Notes: a model not told the origin generated them from the sequence alone. A stretch of DNA of 64,000 bases from an uncultured Alphaproteobacteria bacterium (GCA_944391495.1 CALXTU010000002.1:211736-275735); one strand, 5' to 3'. Shown: positions 1 to 10,968, counted from the first letter of the stretch. Translations and numbers: made by a program.

Positions 1-659
1 ATTTTCATACCGTTTTCCAGCTTAAACATAACCGTTATCGCGTTATCGGTTTTATCCTGATAGCCCAGATTAACCTCAAAGTTTGACAGCGGTGTTTCCG
101 CGGCCCAGGAATAAGGCAAAACACGGTAGTCCTCATAAACCAAACCTTTGTCATAAAGCTGTTTGAAGTTGTTGATGACGCTTTCCATAAAGGGAAGGTC
201 CATGGTTTTGTAGTCATGATTAAAATCTACCCAGCGGCCGATGCGCTTAAACATCTCAACCCAGATGCCGGAATATTTCAGAACATCGGAGCGGCAGAAA
301 TTGTTGAATTTTTCAACCCCGTAGGCCTCAATCTGCTTGCGGCCGGAAACACCAAGCTGCTTTTCGGCCGACATCTCGGCCGGCAGGCCGTGACAGTCCC
401 ACCCCAGACGACGATCGACCTTTTTGCCGTTCATGGTCTGAAAACGGGCGACGACGTCTTTAACATAAGATACCATGATGTGTCCGTAATGCGGCGTGCC
501 GTTGGCAAACGGCGGTCCGTCGTAAAACACGAACTCGGCCGCACCATCGCGGTTCTGCACCGATTTTTCAAAAGTCTTGTCCTTATCCCAGAACTTCAAA
601 ACTTCTTTTTCCAATTCGACAAAGTCAGGCTTTGCCTTAACATCTGCATAATGTTTCAT
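1..659 (-). CDS. ileS: isoleucyl-tRNA synthetase, N-terminal part (the gene runs off the 5' edge of the window)
   Basis: The minus-strand translation from the ATG at 657-659 reads MKHYADVKAKPDF...VFYDGPPFANGTPHYGHI...GWDCHGLPAE. These are class I HIGH-region and IleS-specific motifs. The ORF track omits it because it is truncated by the window edge. Confidence 0.85.
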   Translation of the reverse strand, partial: MKHYADVKAKPDFVELEKEVLKFWDKDKTFEKSVQNRDGAAEFVFYDGPPFANGTPHYGHIMVSYVKDVVARFQTMNGKKVDRRLGWDCHGLPAEMSAEKQLGVSGRKQIEAYGVEKFNNFCRSDVLKYSGIWVEMFKRIGRWVDFNHDYKTMDLPFMESVINNFKQLYDKGLVYEDYRVLPYSWAAETPLSNFEVNLGYQDKTDNAITVMFKLENGMK

Positions 660-897
660 CTGTCAAACACCTAAAAACAAATAAATGATTGTATCTTTGA
701 AAACTAAAAAACGATATGTGTAAAAAAGCGTAAATCCCCCTAGGGGATAATAATGCCGCGGGCGGCTATGATCATAAACAAACACATATCAAAAAACCTT
801 ACAGCTTGCGATTGGCTTCATTGCAGAAATTTAATACAACAAACACCGAGAGTCAACCGGAAATTAATGCGCATATGCCGCCGGTTGGCAAAAAATT

Positions 898-1311
898 TTA
901 TTCAATATACAAGGTGGCTGTACCCGCCCATTCGCCTTCGGCATCAAAAACTTTTTCTTCGACCAGCCAGCTTGCCTTATAATCACAGTTGTTTTCTTTG
1001 CGGCAAGGCCTGAGAGTGTAACGATAAGTGTGTTCTACTTCCCTTGTTCTAAAAGCAAAAACCCCACGGCACTTTAACGTAATGCTCGTTTGAGTGTTCT
1101 CAAGCAATTCACAATTTTCTTCTCTACTGGCACCTAATTTATTGTTAATCACCCTTTTGGTCGGTGTCAGGGTTGTCTGCCAAGTGCCTCTTGACAGCGG
1201 CTCTAAAATTTCCGCAAACAACGGATTGACAAACTCCTCATCTTCCGCCGCCTGTGCTGTACAGACCAGACAGCACACGACTGTCATGAACAAAACTATT
1301 TTCTTTGGCAT
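898..1311 (-). CDS. secreted small protein (paralogue 1), with a signal peptide and three conserved Cys; possible immunity or inhibitor protein
   Basis: The 137-aa product has an N-terminal signal peptide (MPKKIVLFMTVVCCLVCTAQA). Its central roughly 90 nt is identical to the ORF at 2306-2719. Confidence 0.6.
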   Translation of the reverse strand: MPKKIVLFMTVVCCLVCTAQAAEDEEFVNPLFAEILEPLSRGTWQTTLTPTKRVINNKLGASREENCELLENTQTSITLKCRGVFAFRTREVEHTYRYTLRPCRKENNCDYKASWLVEEKVFDAEGEWAGTATLYIE

Positions 1312-1475
1312 TTTCTTATTCCTTTGATTTTAACTATAAAATATCTCTGAAAAAAAAGTCAATATATTTACCATAAATTTTACATTGTTAATTTACAATA
1401 TACTATTGACAACACCTTAAAAATTATTTAGATATATAGTGTATTTTTACAATATCATTAAAAAGGAGATTCTAT

Positions 1476-2255
1476 ATGAGCGAAACAACCGATTTATTAA
1501 GCAGAATGTTAAACGGCCAGACTCCCGTCAGACGGCAAAATCCGCAGCCGGGACAGAGCGAATGGTATTATATTGATCCGCGCGGACGGCGTAATGATTT
1601 TACACTGCTGACTGAGATGAACACCATTGATGTCGACAGCCCGGACGCTCCTAATCCTGTTTTGGGCACCGCCGCACCGGCGACCGATCAGCAGCTGTTG
1701 CAACGAACGGCCGACCATCTCTATGGCGAAGAAGGTCACCCAAATTATATTTATCTGGATACCAAAGGATATAAAACGACCGGCGTGGGCGCCAATATTG
1801 ACAACTGGGACGACTTCCGGCAGGTCAAATGGCAGCAAAACGGCCGTCCGGCCGATGAAGCAAGCGTCAGGCAGGCCTTTGATGATTTTGAAGCATTGAA
1901 ACAGAATCAGCAATACGGGCAATCCATTGTTGCTTCAGATTTTGAAGACATAAGCAATCTGCGGATTGATGACAACGAGGCCAAAAGACTGCTCAACAAC
2001 CATCTGCAGCAAGATCTGGCCGGCGTCAAGCAGGAGGTTCCCGGTTTTGAACAACTGCCGGCGCCGCTGCAGGAAGTGTTGCTGGATATTAAATATAATA
2101 CCGGAAATGTCCGGCAGGAAAACTGGCCTCAGCTGCATGATGCCATCCGACGCAAAGACCTTAACGGTATCAAGTCAAACGTTCATCGCCGTGATGTCGG
2201 CGCACAACGCAATGCCTGGGCGGCAGAACAGATTGACAAAATAAACGGCTGGTAA
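1476..2255 (+). CDS. GH24 (T4/lambda-type) lysozyme-like protein with an N-terminal extension of about 80 aa and no signal peptide
   Basis: A strong SD (aaaggag) lies 7 nt upstream of the ATG. The motif EEGHPNYIYLDTKGYKTTGVGANID matches the E...Y.D..G..TiGyG catalytic region of family-24 lysozymes, and the later LPAPLQEVLLDIKYNTG matches the downstream lysozyme helix. Confidence 0.65.
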   Translation: MSETTDLLSRMLNGQTPVRRQNPQPGQSEWYYIDPRGRRNDFTLLTEMNTIDVDSPDAPNPVLGTAAPATDQQLLQRTADHLYGEEGHPNYIYLDTKGYKTTGVGANIDNWDDFRQVKWQQNGRPADEASVRQAFDDFEALKQNQQYGQSIVASDFEDISNLRIDDNEAKRLLNNHLQQDLAGVKQEVPGFEQLPAPLQEVLLDIKYNTGNVRQENWPQLHDAIRRKDLNGIKSNVHRRDVGAQRNAWAAEQIDKINGW

Positions 2256-2305
2256 GAACTGTCGTGTTGCAAACAGTCCTTTGCCGTTTGTCCGGCAGAG
2301 GGCTG

Positions 2306-2719
2306 TTATTTGATAATCAGGGTTGCGCCGCCGAGATCATATCCTTTTTCATCAAAGGTTTCTTCTTCAACCAGCCAACGCCCGTGATAATAGCAGTCGT
2401 TTTCTTTACGGCAAGGCCTGAGAGTGTAACGATAAGTGTGTTCCACTTCTCTTGTTCTAAAAGCAAAAACCCCACGGCACTTTAACGTAATGCTCGTTTG
2501 AGTGTTCTCAAGCAATTCACAATTTTCTTCTCTACTGGAACCTAATTTATTGTTAATTGCCCTTTTGGTCGGTGTCAGGGTTGTCTGCCAGGCAATTTTT
2601 GATATCGGCTCCATAATTTCATAAAACAGCGGATTAACAAACTTCTCATCTTCCGCCGCCCGTGCCGTACAGGCCAGACAACACATAACCGCTAAAGCCA
2701 AAAACAACTGCTTGTTCAT
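2306..2719 (-). CDS. secreted small protein (paralogue 2)
   Basis: The 137-aa product has the signal peptide MNKQLFLALAVMCCLACTARA. Its core, TLTPTKR.INNKLG.SREENCELLENTQTSITLKCRGVFAFRTREVEHTYRYTLRPCRKEN, is identical to the core of the 898-1311 product. Confidence 0.6.
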   Translation of the reverse strand: MNKQLFLALAVMCCLACTARAAEDEKFVNPLFYEIMEPISKIAWQTTLTPTKRAINNKLGSSREENCELLENTQTSITLKCRGVFAFRTREVEHTYRYTLRPCRKENDCYYHGRWLVEEETFDEKGYDLGGATLIIK

Positions 2720-2860
2720 TTTTATTCTCCAAAATATAAATATAAAATATATGTCTCTGACAGAAAGTCAATCCGTTTAGATGCCGGAAATAAATTTTTG
2801 TCGCTTGCCAAAAAGTTAAAATAGTGTTAATCTTTAGTTATCATAATTGGGAGAAAATTT

Positions 2861-3133
2861 ATGCCTACCACGGAAAAAGTATTAAAAACCGCCGGAAAAG
2901 CCGGTCTGAGCGCAACGATTATCGCCTCGAAAGCGGCAAAATACGGATTAAATTTTACCAGTGATACCGCAGAAATCTTTTTGGGCGGAGCCAAAAACAT
3001 GGCTGATCAGCTGGCGCCCGGACTTAACTGGGAAATTGCCAAGCCTTTGTATAAACAGGGCAAAAAAATTGCCGATGCTGCAATTGACCAAACGATTGCC
3101 TTACAGAAAAAAGTCAAAGGAATGCTTGACTGA
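2861..3133 (+). CDS. hypothetical Lys/Ala-rich 90-aa protein
   Basis: The ORF has an RBS of gggag, and its stop overlaps the start of the next ORF (TGATG), indicating translational coupling. Confidence 0.45.
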   Translation: MPTTEKVLKTAGKAGLSATIIASKAAKYGLNFTSDTAEIFLGGAKNMADQLAPGLNWEIAKPLYKQGKKIADAAIDQTIALQKKVKGMLD

Positions 3134-3447
3134 TGAAACATGCTGAAGATTATCAGGTGGTTTTGAGTGATGAAGGTGTGCCGGTATTTGTGCTGCCTTA
3201 TACGCGGGTGCGGCCGGAGAACCCGATTTTGCTTTATGACGGCGGCCGGCATGCAACTCTGTTTCGCAATGATCACGATGTTTTGCTGATTGATTACATT
3301 CCTGCCAAAGCGGCTGAGGCAATGAACAAATGCGGACGTTTGATTGTGCTGGAACATAATAAGGCCGGTGATGATGTGTTGCGCGATTATCAGGTTTTGA
3401 TAAAAAAAGTTAAAAACAATCCTTTAACCGACGGACTGCCTAAATAA
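3133..3447 (+). CDS. hypothetical 104-aa protein
   Basis: It is translationally coupled to the upstream ORF and is followed by a strong terminator. Confidence 0.45.
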   Translation: MKHAEDYQVVLSDEGVPVFVLPYTRVRPENPILLYDGGRHATLFRNDHDVLLIDYIPAKAAEAMNKCGRLIVLEHNKAGDDVLRDYQVLIKKVKNNPLTDGLPK

Positions 3448-3463
3448 AATTTGATACATCGTA

Positions 3464-3495
3464 AAAAAAGCCCCTCCGAAGAGGGGCCTTTTTTT
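3464..3495. terminator. bidirectional rho-independent terminator
   Basis: The sequence aaaaaaGCCCCTCcgaaGAGGGGCcttttttt has an A-run on one side and a T-run on the other, between the convergent 104-aa gene and eno. Confidence 0.8.
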
Positions 3496-3509
3496 ATAAA
3501 TTTTAAGCC

Positions 3510-4808
<1,299 letters not shown>

Positions 4809-4880
4809 TTATAAAAAAGTGTTGCCTCTAAAATCTTTCATTTTTATAATAATGTCAATCATATTTTGGGGAGTAGGCAC

Positions 4881-5336
4881 ATGTTTTCTGATAAATGGCA
4901 CTATCGTTTTATGGAAATGGCCAGGCTGGTCGCCAGCTGGTCAAAAGATAATTCGACCAAAGTGGGCGCCATTGTCGTCGGGCCGGATCGCGAAATCCGC
5001 TCAACCGGCTATAACGGTATTGTTCGCGGGGTCAGTGACGATATTCCCGAGAGGCTCGAACGCCCGACCAAATATGATTTCTTTGAGCATGCCGAACGCA
5101 ACGCCGTTTATAATGCCTGTCTTATCGGCGCATCGCTCAAAGGCTGCGTTATCTATGTGACTTCTATGCCCTGCCCCGACTGCGCGCGGGCAATTATTCA
5201 GTCCGGCATCAAAATGGTGGTAACCTATAAGTTTGAACCTCAGGAAGGCCAGCCGGCCGGAACCTGGCGTGACAAAGTTGCCTATTCCGAGCAAATGCTC
5301 CGCGAAGCCGGGGTTGAATGTCTGTATTTGCAATAG
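4881..5336 (+). CDS. dCMP deaminase (zinc-binding CMP/dCMP deaminase fold)
   Basis: HAERNAV and PCPDCA zinc-ligand motifs are present. The ORF-track start at 4866 is also possible; an internal Met at 4881 fits the family N-terminus. Confidence 0.75.
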   Translation: MFSDKWHYRFMEMARLVASWSKDNSTKVGAIVVGPDREIRSTGYNGIVRGVSDDIPERLERPTKYDFFEHAERNAVYNACLIGASLKGCVIYVTSMPCPDCARAIIQSGIKMVVTYKFEPQEGQPAGTWRDKVAYSEQMLREAGVECLYLQ

Positions 5337-5439
5337 CGGCAAAATTTCAGCCAAAGCCTTTAAATACGGCTTTTTGATAATATATTTTCGGCAATCGGTT
5401 TTGACAAAAGCCCGAAGATTCTAAGCTATGGAGACGACA

Positions 5440-6057
5440 ATGAAGATTATGATTGCGGACGACCATGCACTTTACCGGGACGGCTTAAGACTCAATCTCA
5501 GCAATATGCTGCCAAAAGCACAAATTTTGGACGCATCTTCTTTTACTCAGGCTCTTGAGCTGCTGAAACTCAATAATGACACCGATTTGATTCTGGCTGA
5601 TCTGGATATGCCGGAGGCAAACTGGGAAAACGGCATTAAAGCAATTAAAGAATATTTGCCCGATGTCAGAATCGGCGTAATATCGGCCTCGGAAGATTCG
5701 CATAACATCAAAAAAGCCCTAAGCCTCGGCGTCTGCTGCTATCTGCCGAAGAATATCGACACCAAGGTATTAAACTCGGCTCTGGGACTGGTTTTAAACG
5801 GTGCGACATATTTTCCGCCGGCATTGCTGAAACAAGCGGCTGACAACATGAATCTTGCCAACGGCAAAAAACTGACCAACCGTCAGTTTGAAGTGCTGAA
5901 ATATCTGGCACAGGGGTTGTCTAATAAACAAATTGCCTATCAGATGTCGGTGTCGGAAGCCACCGTCAAACTGCATATCAATGCGCTTTTGCGTGCCGTC
6001 GGCGCAACCAACCGGACACAAGCTGTTATTAAAGCTCAAAAAATGGGGGTTATTTAA
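5440..6057 (+). CDS. two-component response regulator, REC plus LuxR/FixJ-type HTH
   Basis: The N-terminal receiver domain begins MKIMIADDH...DLILADLDMP, and the C-terminal region carries a LuxR HTH (QFEVLKYLAQGLSNKQIAYQMSVSEATVKLH). A ggag RBS precedes the ATG at 5440; the track start at 5428 is an alternative. Confidence 0.8.
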   Translation: MKIMIADDHALYRDGLRLNLSNMLPKAQILDASSFTQALELLKLNNDTDLILADLDMPEANWENGIKAIKEYLPDVRIGVISASEDSHNIKKALSLGVCCYLPKNIDTKVLNSALGLVLNGATYFPPALLKQAADNMNLANGKKLTNRQFEVLKYLAQGLSNKQIAYQMSVSEATVKLHINALLRAVGATNRTQAVIKAQKMGVI

Positions 6058-6703
6058 AATCTATCAGCGGATATTTTTCCGTACGCCCGTCAGGTAATTC
6101 ATAGTGCCACCATTCATGACGGCGCGGCGCCGGAACCAGTCCCACACTCTGCATCAGCGAACATAACTCGTCCCGGTTGCGGATTGCCTCGGGAATTTGG
6201 TCGTCCTGATAATCAAGCGATGCCTTTTGCAAATAGCGGAAAAAGCCTTGCAGATTTCCGGCCTGCACTTCTTTGGCAAAATTTTCGTCATAGGCATCAA
6301 CCAATGTCGGATAAGGCAGTTCAACACCGTCGGCATCAAGCAGCGCCACATCAACGGCCGTTCCGCGGCAATGCGGCGAACGGGAGGCTTCGGGAATAAA
6401 AAAGCCGTCTTGCGGTATTGCGGCAAACAACAGCCGGTGTGCCGCAGCCGGACGAAAGGCGTCATAGATTTTCAGCCGGCGGCCGGTCTGCTCCAGATAA
6501 GGAATGAGCTTTTGCAGACAGCTCCATAAATCACGGTGCACAAACGCGCGGTTGCCGAGGCCGATTTCCCGATATACCGGCCGGCCGGTCATATTGTGTG
6601 CGGTGCCGGCATACATCAGATCAACCGCAAAATGAGGATCGGTAATTTCAACCAGCCGCTTATCCATAACGCACCGCCTTGATAAAATTTGCAAAAATAT
6701 CAA
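6050..6703 (-). CDS. ddpX: D-alanyl-D-alanine dipeptidase (M15D, VanX/DdpX family)
   Basis: The motifs HCRGTAVDVALLD (H..G.A.D) and EWWHYELPD match Zn ligands and catalytic Glu of VanX-type dipeptidases. Confidence 0.7.
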   Translation of the reverse strand: MIFLQILSRRCVMDKRLVEITDPHFAVDLMYAGTAHNMTGRPVYREIGLGNRAFVHRDLWSCLQKLIPYLEQTGRRLKIYDAFRPAAAHRLLFAAIPQDGFFIPEASRSPHCRGTAVDVALLDADGVELPYPTLVDAYDENFAKEVQAGNLQGFFRYLQKASLDYQDDQIPEAIRNRDELCSLMQSVGLVPAPRRHEWWHYELPDGRTEKYPLIDFK

Positions 6704-7556
6704 CCGCCGGACGGTACCCGGATTTCACAAAATATTCCGGATGCGACTGAAGTCCCAAAACAAACGGATGCCAAGAATTAACCGGCTCAACCGCCTCGAC
6801 AACGCCGTCGGGAGATGTATGGGCGATGTTATTGCCGATATTATCTTTGCTTACCGCCCAGGTGTGCCAAGAATTAACCTCCATCTCGGATATGCCGGTA
6901 ATTTTTTGCAACAGGCTGCCGTTTTTAATTGTCATTTTGTGGGCAAATTCTTTAACATTGGTGCGATGCCTCTCAATGCGGCCGATTTTGGCGCCGAAAC
7001 AGCAAGCCAAAACCTGCATACCGCCGCAAACCGCCAACAAGGGCAACTTGTGTTCTTTGGCATAATTGATAACTTTTATATACACATTGAAGCGCCGCAA
7101 ATCAACCGGATGCTCCGGCTCGTTTTTTTCCCAGTCAAGCGGCACGTCAAACACACCGCCGGGCAGAAAAACACCGTCCGGACGAATGGCATCCAATTGT
7201 TCGGTAACCTTATCATAACCCACCGGACATATTTTGCCTCCGGAAAGTGTGATTGCCTCTACCGTGGCCTGAGGCAGGGTATAGTCAGACTCCGAACGGT
7301 CCGGATGTTGGTCACGAGTCAGAATGACGGCAATTTTTGGGGCTGAAGCCTCTGCCACCACACCCTCCAACTCAATTTCCGGCAAACCGTCGGCAAAAGC
7401 TTTGTCGGTTTCTTCCGCCGGAAGACTGTAGGTTATTTTGTCATCACCCGGATAAACAACGGGGCGCAGACATAATTTACTTGTAAAGTTTTGGGAGCGG
7501 TTCATCGGTCGTCCTTTTGTGTTTTTTGGCGTGTCCGGCCATTTTGCAGAAAACAT
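6660..7556 (-). CDS. class I glutamine amidotransferase-like / peptidase C26 (gamma-glutamyl hydrolase family)
   Basis: The nucleophile elbow LAVCGGMQVLA is present. The start may be at an internal Met near 7505. Confidence 0.6.
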   Translation of the reverse strand: MFSAKWPDTPKNTKGRPMNRSQNFTSKLCLRPVVYPGDDKITYSLPAEETDKAFADGLPEIELEGVVAEASAPKIAVILTRDQHPDRSESDYTLPQATVEAITLSGGKICPVGYDKVTEQLDAIRPDGVFLPGGVFDVPLDWEKNEPEHPVDLRRFNVYIKVINYAKEHKLPLLAVCGGMQVLACCFGAKIGRIERHRTNVKEFAHKMTIKNGSLLQKITGISEMEVNSWHTWAVSKDNIGNNIAHTSPDGVVEAVEPVNSWHPFVLGLQSHPEYFVKSGYRPAVDIFANFIKAVRYG

Positions 7557-9225
7557 CTATAAAAGTTTTGTCGTCCCAGTCTTTGGAGGTTTCGGCATAC
7601 AGCGTTTCGCGCAGTTTATCCAATTCCTTATTGAAAGCGGCATTTTGGAAAATATCGGCCACATCTTGCAGGTTGGTAATCTTGCGTTCGGGAAACTCCG
7701 CAGCCGCCCAGGCCAGAAGATTATCGCGCAGACTCTGCATATCTTTGGCTTTGGCCGCGGCAACAACCGTTTTCCGGCAGGCGGCAGACGGTCTTGACAT
7801 ACGGGCCAGCAGTTTCATCAGCAAAAATGCTGCGACGATACCGCCGACGAAAGCCGCCAGCAAATACAAAATGATATGTGTGTTGTCAACCCGGGTGAAA
7901 ACTTCTGCCGGTTTTGACGGTTCGGCCGGCAGCAAAACCGGCGGCAGTTCGCTTTTGGTCTCGTTTGCCGGTGCTGCGGTTGCGGCCGCCGAAGGCATAC
8001 CGGTTCCGGCAGCAACCTCTGTCTGATAAGCCGGAATAACCGCGGTTTCGGCACTGCCGGTCGCGGTGTTAAACCAGTTTACCTTTATCTCCGGCAGGGT
8101 TATCCGGCCGGCCTTTTCGGGAATATAAACATTGGTGATGCGGGCATAAGAAACGATTTTGCCGTTTTCAACCTTCATATCGGTCTGCGGTTTTTCCGGA
8201 TATTGTTTAACGCCGTCAACCCCGGTAAATTTTATTTCCGGCAACTGATTATCCAAAACACCGACGGCTTTCAGATAAATGGTGCGGCTGACGGCCTCGC
8301 CGGCTTTAAACTGCGGCCGGCCGCCCTCGAAATCGGCAGACAGTTTTACTTCTTCCGCCGGAAGCCACCAGCCCGAGGCTACGGCCGCAGGGCGGACATT
8401 AACTTTTACCGGCTTGGTATTCAGCACAACCGGATTGCGCGAGGCAAAAACATCATTCAGCCCGAAACCGGCAAAAAACGGATCATTGTCAAAAAAGCGG
8501 GCAAACGGATCCGTCCGGCTTTCTTTGGTCAGATAATAGCCGTTGAACCGAACCGGCGGCACGGTAAGCTCACCGCTTTTTTGGGCAAACAGGGCATAGT
8601 TAAAAGTTATTTCCCGCAGGGTCTGTCCGTTGACAATTTTGGTCGAAACCTGCGGTTCGCCGAGATTTTTGATAATCCAGTCATCATTATCGGTGACAAA
8701 AAACGGCGCTTCGCCCTGCAGACCGCCGGCATCATAAATCGTCAGCCGATAGTTAACCTGCTGCTGGACATAGGGGGCGGTATTGTCAATCTTGCCGTCC
8801 ATTTTGAAACGCGGCGTATCAACGGCCGGAGACTGCACCAGCTGATCAGCCGCTCCGGCAGGAACAATGTTCATTGTTACCGGCTGCGTTTTATAACCGG
8901 CAAGTTCGATTGACGGAATGACAAGACTGCCGGTTTGGTTGGGCATCAAAACCAAATTCCACTGCCGCGATTTGCTGACCTGACCATTAATAATGTTGGT
9001 CCGGTAACCGTTGGAAATCGAAAAAACGGTAAAATCTTTGTTTAAGCCGCTTAAATCCGGCGTGGCAGACGTATCAACATCTTGCAGATTGAGCGTCAGG
9101 ACAAAGGTTTCGCCTTCGGGGACGGTCGTGCGGTTGACGGTGGCATCAAAGCTCTGCGCCCACAAAGGACGCACCATTAATAAAGTTCCGAACACAATTA
9201 AAAATATTTTTTTCATTTTCCTCAC
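7477..9225 (-). CDS. batD: BatD-like protein (aerotolerance operon)
   Basis: The 582-aa product has an N-terminal signal peptide and a C-terminal TM segment. It follows two VWA-domain Bat genes on the same strand. Confidence 0.6.
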   Translation of the reverse strand: MRKMKKIFLIVFGTLLMVRPLWAQSFDATVNRTTVPEGETFVLTLNLQDVDTSATPDLSGLNKDFTVFSISNGYRTNIINGQVSKSRQWNLVLMPNQTGSLVIPSIELAGYKTQPVTMNIVPAGAADQLVQSPAVDTPRFKMDGKIDNTAPYVQQQVNYRLTIYDAGGLQGEAPFFVTDNDDWIIKNLGEPQVSTKIVNGQTLREITFNYALFAQKSGELTVPPVRFNGYYLTKESRTDPFARFFDNDPFFAGFGLNDVFASRNPVVLNTKPVKVNVRPAAVASGWWLPAEEVKLSADFEGGRPQFKAGEAVSRTIYLKAVGVLDNQLPEIKFTGVDGVKQYPEKPQTDMKVENGKIVSYARITNVYIPEKAGRITLPEIKVNWFNTATGSAETAVIPAYQTEVAAGTGMPSAAATAAPANETKSELPPVLLPAEPSKPAEVFTRVDNTHIILYLLAAFVGGIVAAFLLMKLLARMSRPSAACRKTVVAAAKAKDMQSLRDNLLAWAAAEFPERKITNLQDVADIFQNAAFNKELDKLRETLYAETSKDWDDKTFIDVFCKMAGHAKKHKRTTDEPLPKLYK

Positions 9226-10968
9226 CTATTCATCCTGATAACGATTTTGCCGATATTCCTCATAAATAAAAGCTTTCAGAAGTCCGCCCGGATCCTCGGG
9301 AATGTCACGGTAACGGGCGGCTTTGGCCTGCATTTCCTCGCTGTATTTTTCATCTTCGCCTCCCTGTTCGGGCAAAGCACCGCCCTGTTTATTTCCCTGA
9401 GGCTGCGAATTGCTTTCATCCAGCAGATCTTCAGCGGCGGATTCACGCTCTTTGTCGGCATTGTCGTCCCGGTTATCGCTGTTTTTATCCTGCCGGCCGG
9501 ACGATTGCGGCGAAGCCTGATCATTTTGCTGCCTCTGATCCGAGTCCTGCCCGCCGTCAGAAGGCTGCCGGTTATTATTTTGATTCTGCTGCTGATTTTG
9601 ATTATCCGGCTGCTGATTCTGCTGCCGATCCTGCGGCTGATTTTGCTCATTATTTTGATTCTGATTTTGTTGCTGTTGGTTTTGCTGATTTTGCTGCTGT
9701 TGTTGTTTTTTCAGATATTCCAGATTGAATTTGGCATCTTCATGCCCCGGCGCTTTTTGCAAAACCTCTTCATATTTGGCAATCGCTTCTTTGATTTTTC
9801 CGCCTTTGGCCAAAGCATTTCCCTGATTGTAAAGACCGTCGGCACTGTTGTTTTGCCGGTATTCGGCATAGGCGGCGGCATAATCACCGGCGCGGTATAA
9901 GGCGGCGGCTTTCCAGTCGGAATTTACAAATGCGGCGGCCGCGGCCGGATAATCACCGGCATTAAAAGCTTTCAGTCCTTCCTGATCGGCGTTCAGGAAA
10001 AAGCCGGCATAAGCATCTGAGGCGCACAATATTAAAGCCACAACCAGAATACCCTTGCGGAAAAACAGCAGACAGCATAACAGCGGCAGCGGCAAAAGCC
10101 AATATCCGGCATCAAGCCACACCGTCCGCAGGTTGTCGCTCTGCGTCAGATTGCCGTCGGTTTGGCTGATTTCGGCGGCCAAGGCGGTTATTTGCGCATC
10201 ATCGGCCTGCAGTGTCCAGTAGCGACCGCCGCCGGTCTTGGCAACCATGTCCAGTTTTTCGCTGGCGGCAGCGGAAACGCCGATAATATCAAGGCGAAAA
10301 CCGCCGGCAGCGGCTTTCTCTGCCGCGGCAAGAGCCTTATCAAATCCCTGGCCGACATCGGGCGCAAAAATAATCAGCCTGCCTTTGGCATAACCGGCGG
10401 CCTTGATTTTTTCAACCGCCAGTTCAATCGCCCGGTCAAGCCGGTCGCCGTTCATCGGCATAATATCCGGGGTAATTGCCGGCAGCAGGTTTTGTAAAAT
10501 ATTCATATCATCGGTCAGCGGCGAAATGACAAACGGTTCGGACGAGTAAACCTCAAGTCCGGCCTGAACGCCGCGCAGCATATCCAACAAATCTTTAATC
10601 TTATATTTGGCGCGGGCCAAGCGCGAAGGCGTTAAATCCGAGGCAGCCATATCGGTTGACATATTCAGCAGAATCATAACCGGGTTTTGCGGTGCATAGG
10701 CCGGAATCTCAATCTTTTGCCATGACGGGCCGGCCGCCGCCGTTATTGCCGCAATCAGTCCTAAGCCGCCCAGCCATACCAAAACGCGGCGTTTGACAGC
10801 CGAACCTTTAATCAGCAAAAAATCGAGCAGGCGTTTATTGATAACTTTTTGCCAGGAAGACTGCGCGTTCAGTCCGCGAAAATAAAAACCATACAATGCC
10901 GCCGGCAGCAACAGCAAAAGCAGCAGCCACGGCCGCAAAAAGTGAAAATTCTGCCAAAACTCCGTCAT
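9226..10968 (-). CDS. BatB/BatC-like protein: VWA domain, TM segments and TPR repeats, with a C-terminal Q/N-rich low-complexity tail
   Basis: A VWA fold lies after the N-terminal TM segment. TPR-like repeats follow (YRAGDYAAAYAEYRQ...GNALAKGGKIKEAIAKYEEVLQ), then a Q/N-rich run of about 70 aa. Confidence 0.7.
   Translation of the reverse strand: MTEFWQNFHFLRPWLLLLLLLPAALYGFYFRGLNAQSSWQKVINKRLLDFLLIKGSAVKRRVLVWLGGLGLIAAITAAAGPSWQKIEIPAYAPQNPVMILLNMSTDMAASDLTPSRLARAKYKIKDLLDMLRGVQAGLEVYSSEPFVISPLTDDMNILQNLLPAITPDIMPMNGDRLDRAIELAVEKIKAAGYAKGRLIIFAPDVGQGFDKALAAAEKAAAGGFRLDIIGVSAAASEKLDMVAKTGGGRYWTLQADDAQITALAAEISQTDGNLTQSDNLRTVWLDAGYWLLPLPLLCCLLFFRKGILVVALILCASDAYAGFFLNADQEGLKAFNAGDYPAAAAAFVNSDWKAAALYRAGDYAAAYAEYRQNNSADGLYNQGNALAKGGKIKEAIAKYEEVLQKAPGHEDAKFNLEYLKKQQQQQNQQNQQQQNQNQNNEQNQPQDRQQNQQPDNQNQQQNQNNNRQPSDGGQDSDQRQQNDQASPQSSGRQDKNSDNRDDNADKERESAAEDLLDESNSQPQGNKQGGALPEQGGEDEKYSEEMQAKAARYRDIPEDPGGLLKAFIYEEYRQNRYQDE

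Noticed and set aside
216-674. A 152-aa plus-strand ORF
   Set aside because: It lies antisense to the ileS 5' region, which has clear synthetase motifs on the minus strand. It is a shadow ORF.
9247-9900. A 217-aa ORF rich in L, I and R
   Set aside because: It is antisense to the Q/N-repeat coding region of the Bat VWA-TPR gene. It is a low-complexity translation artefact.
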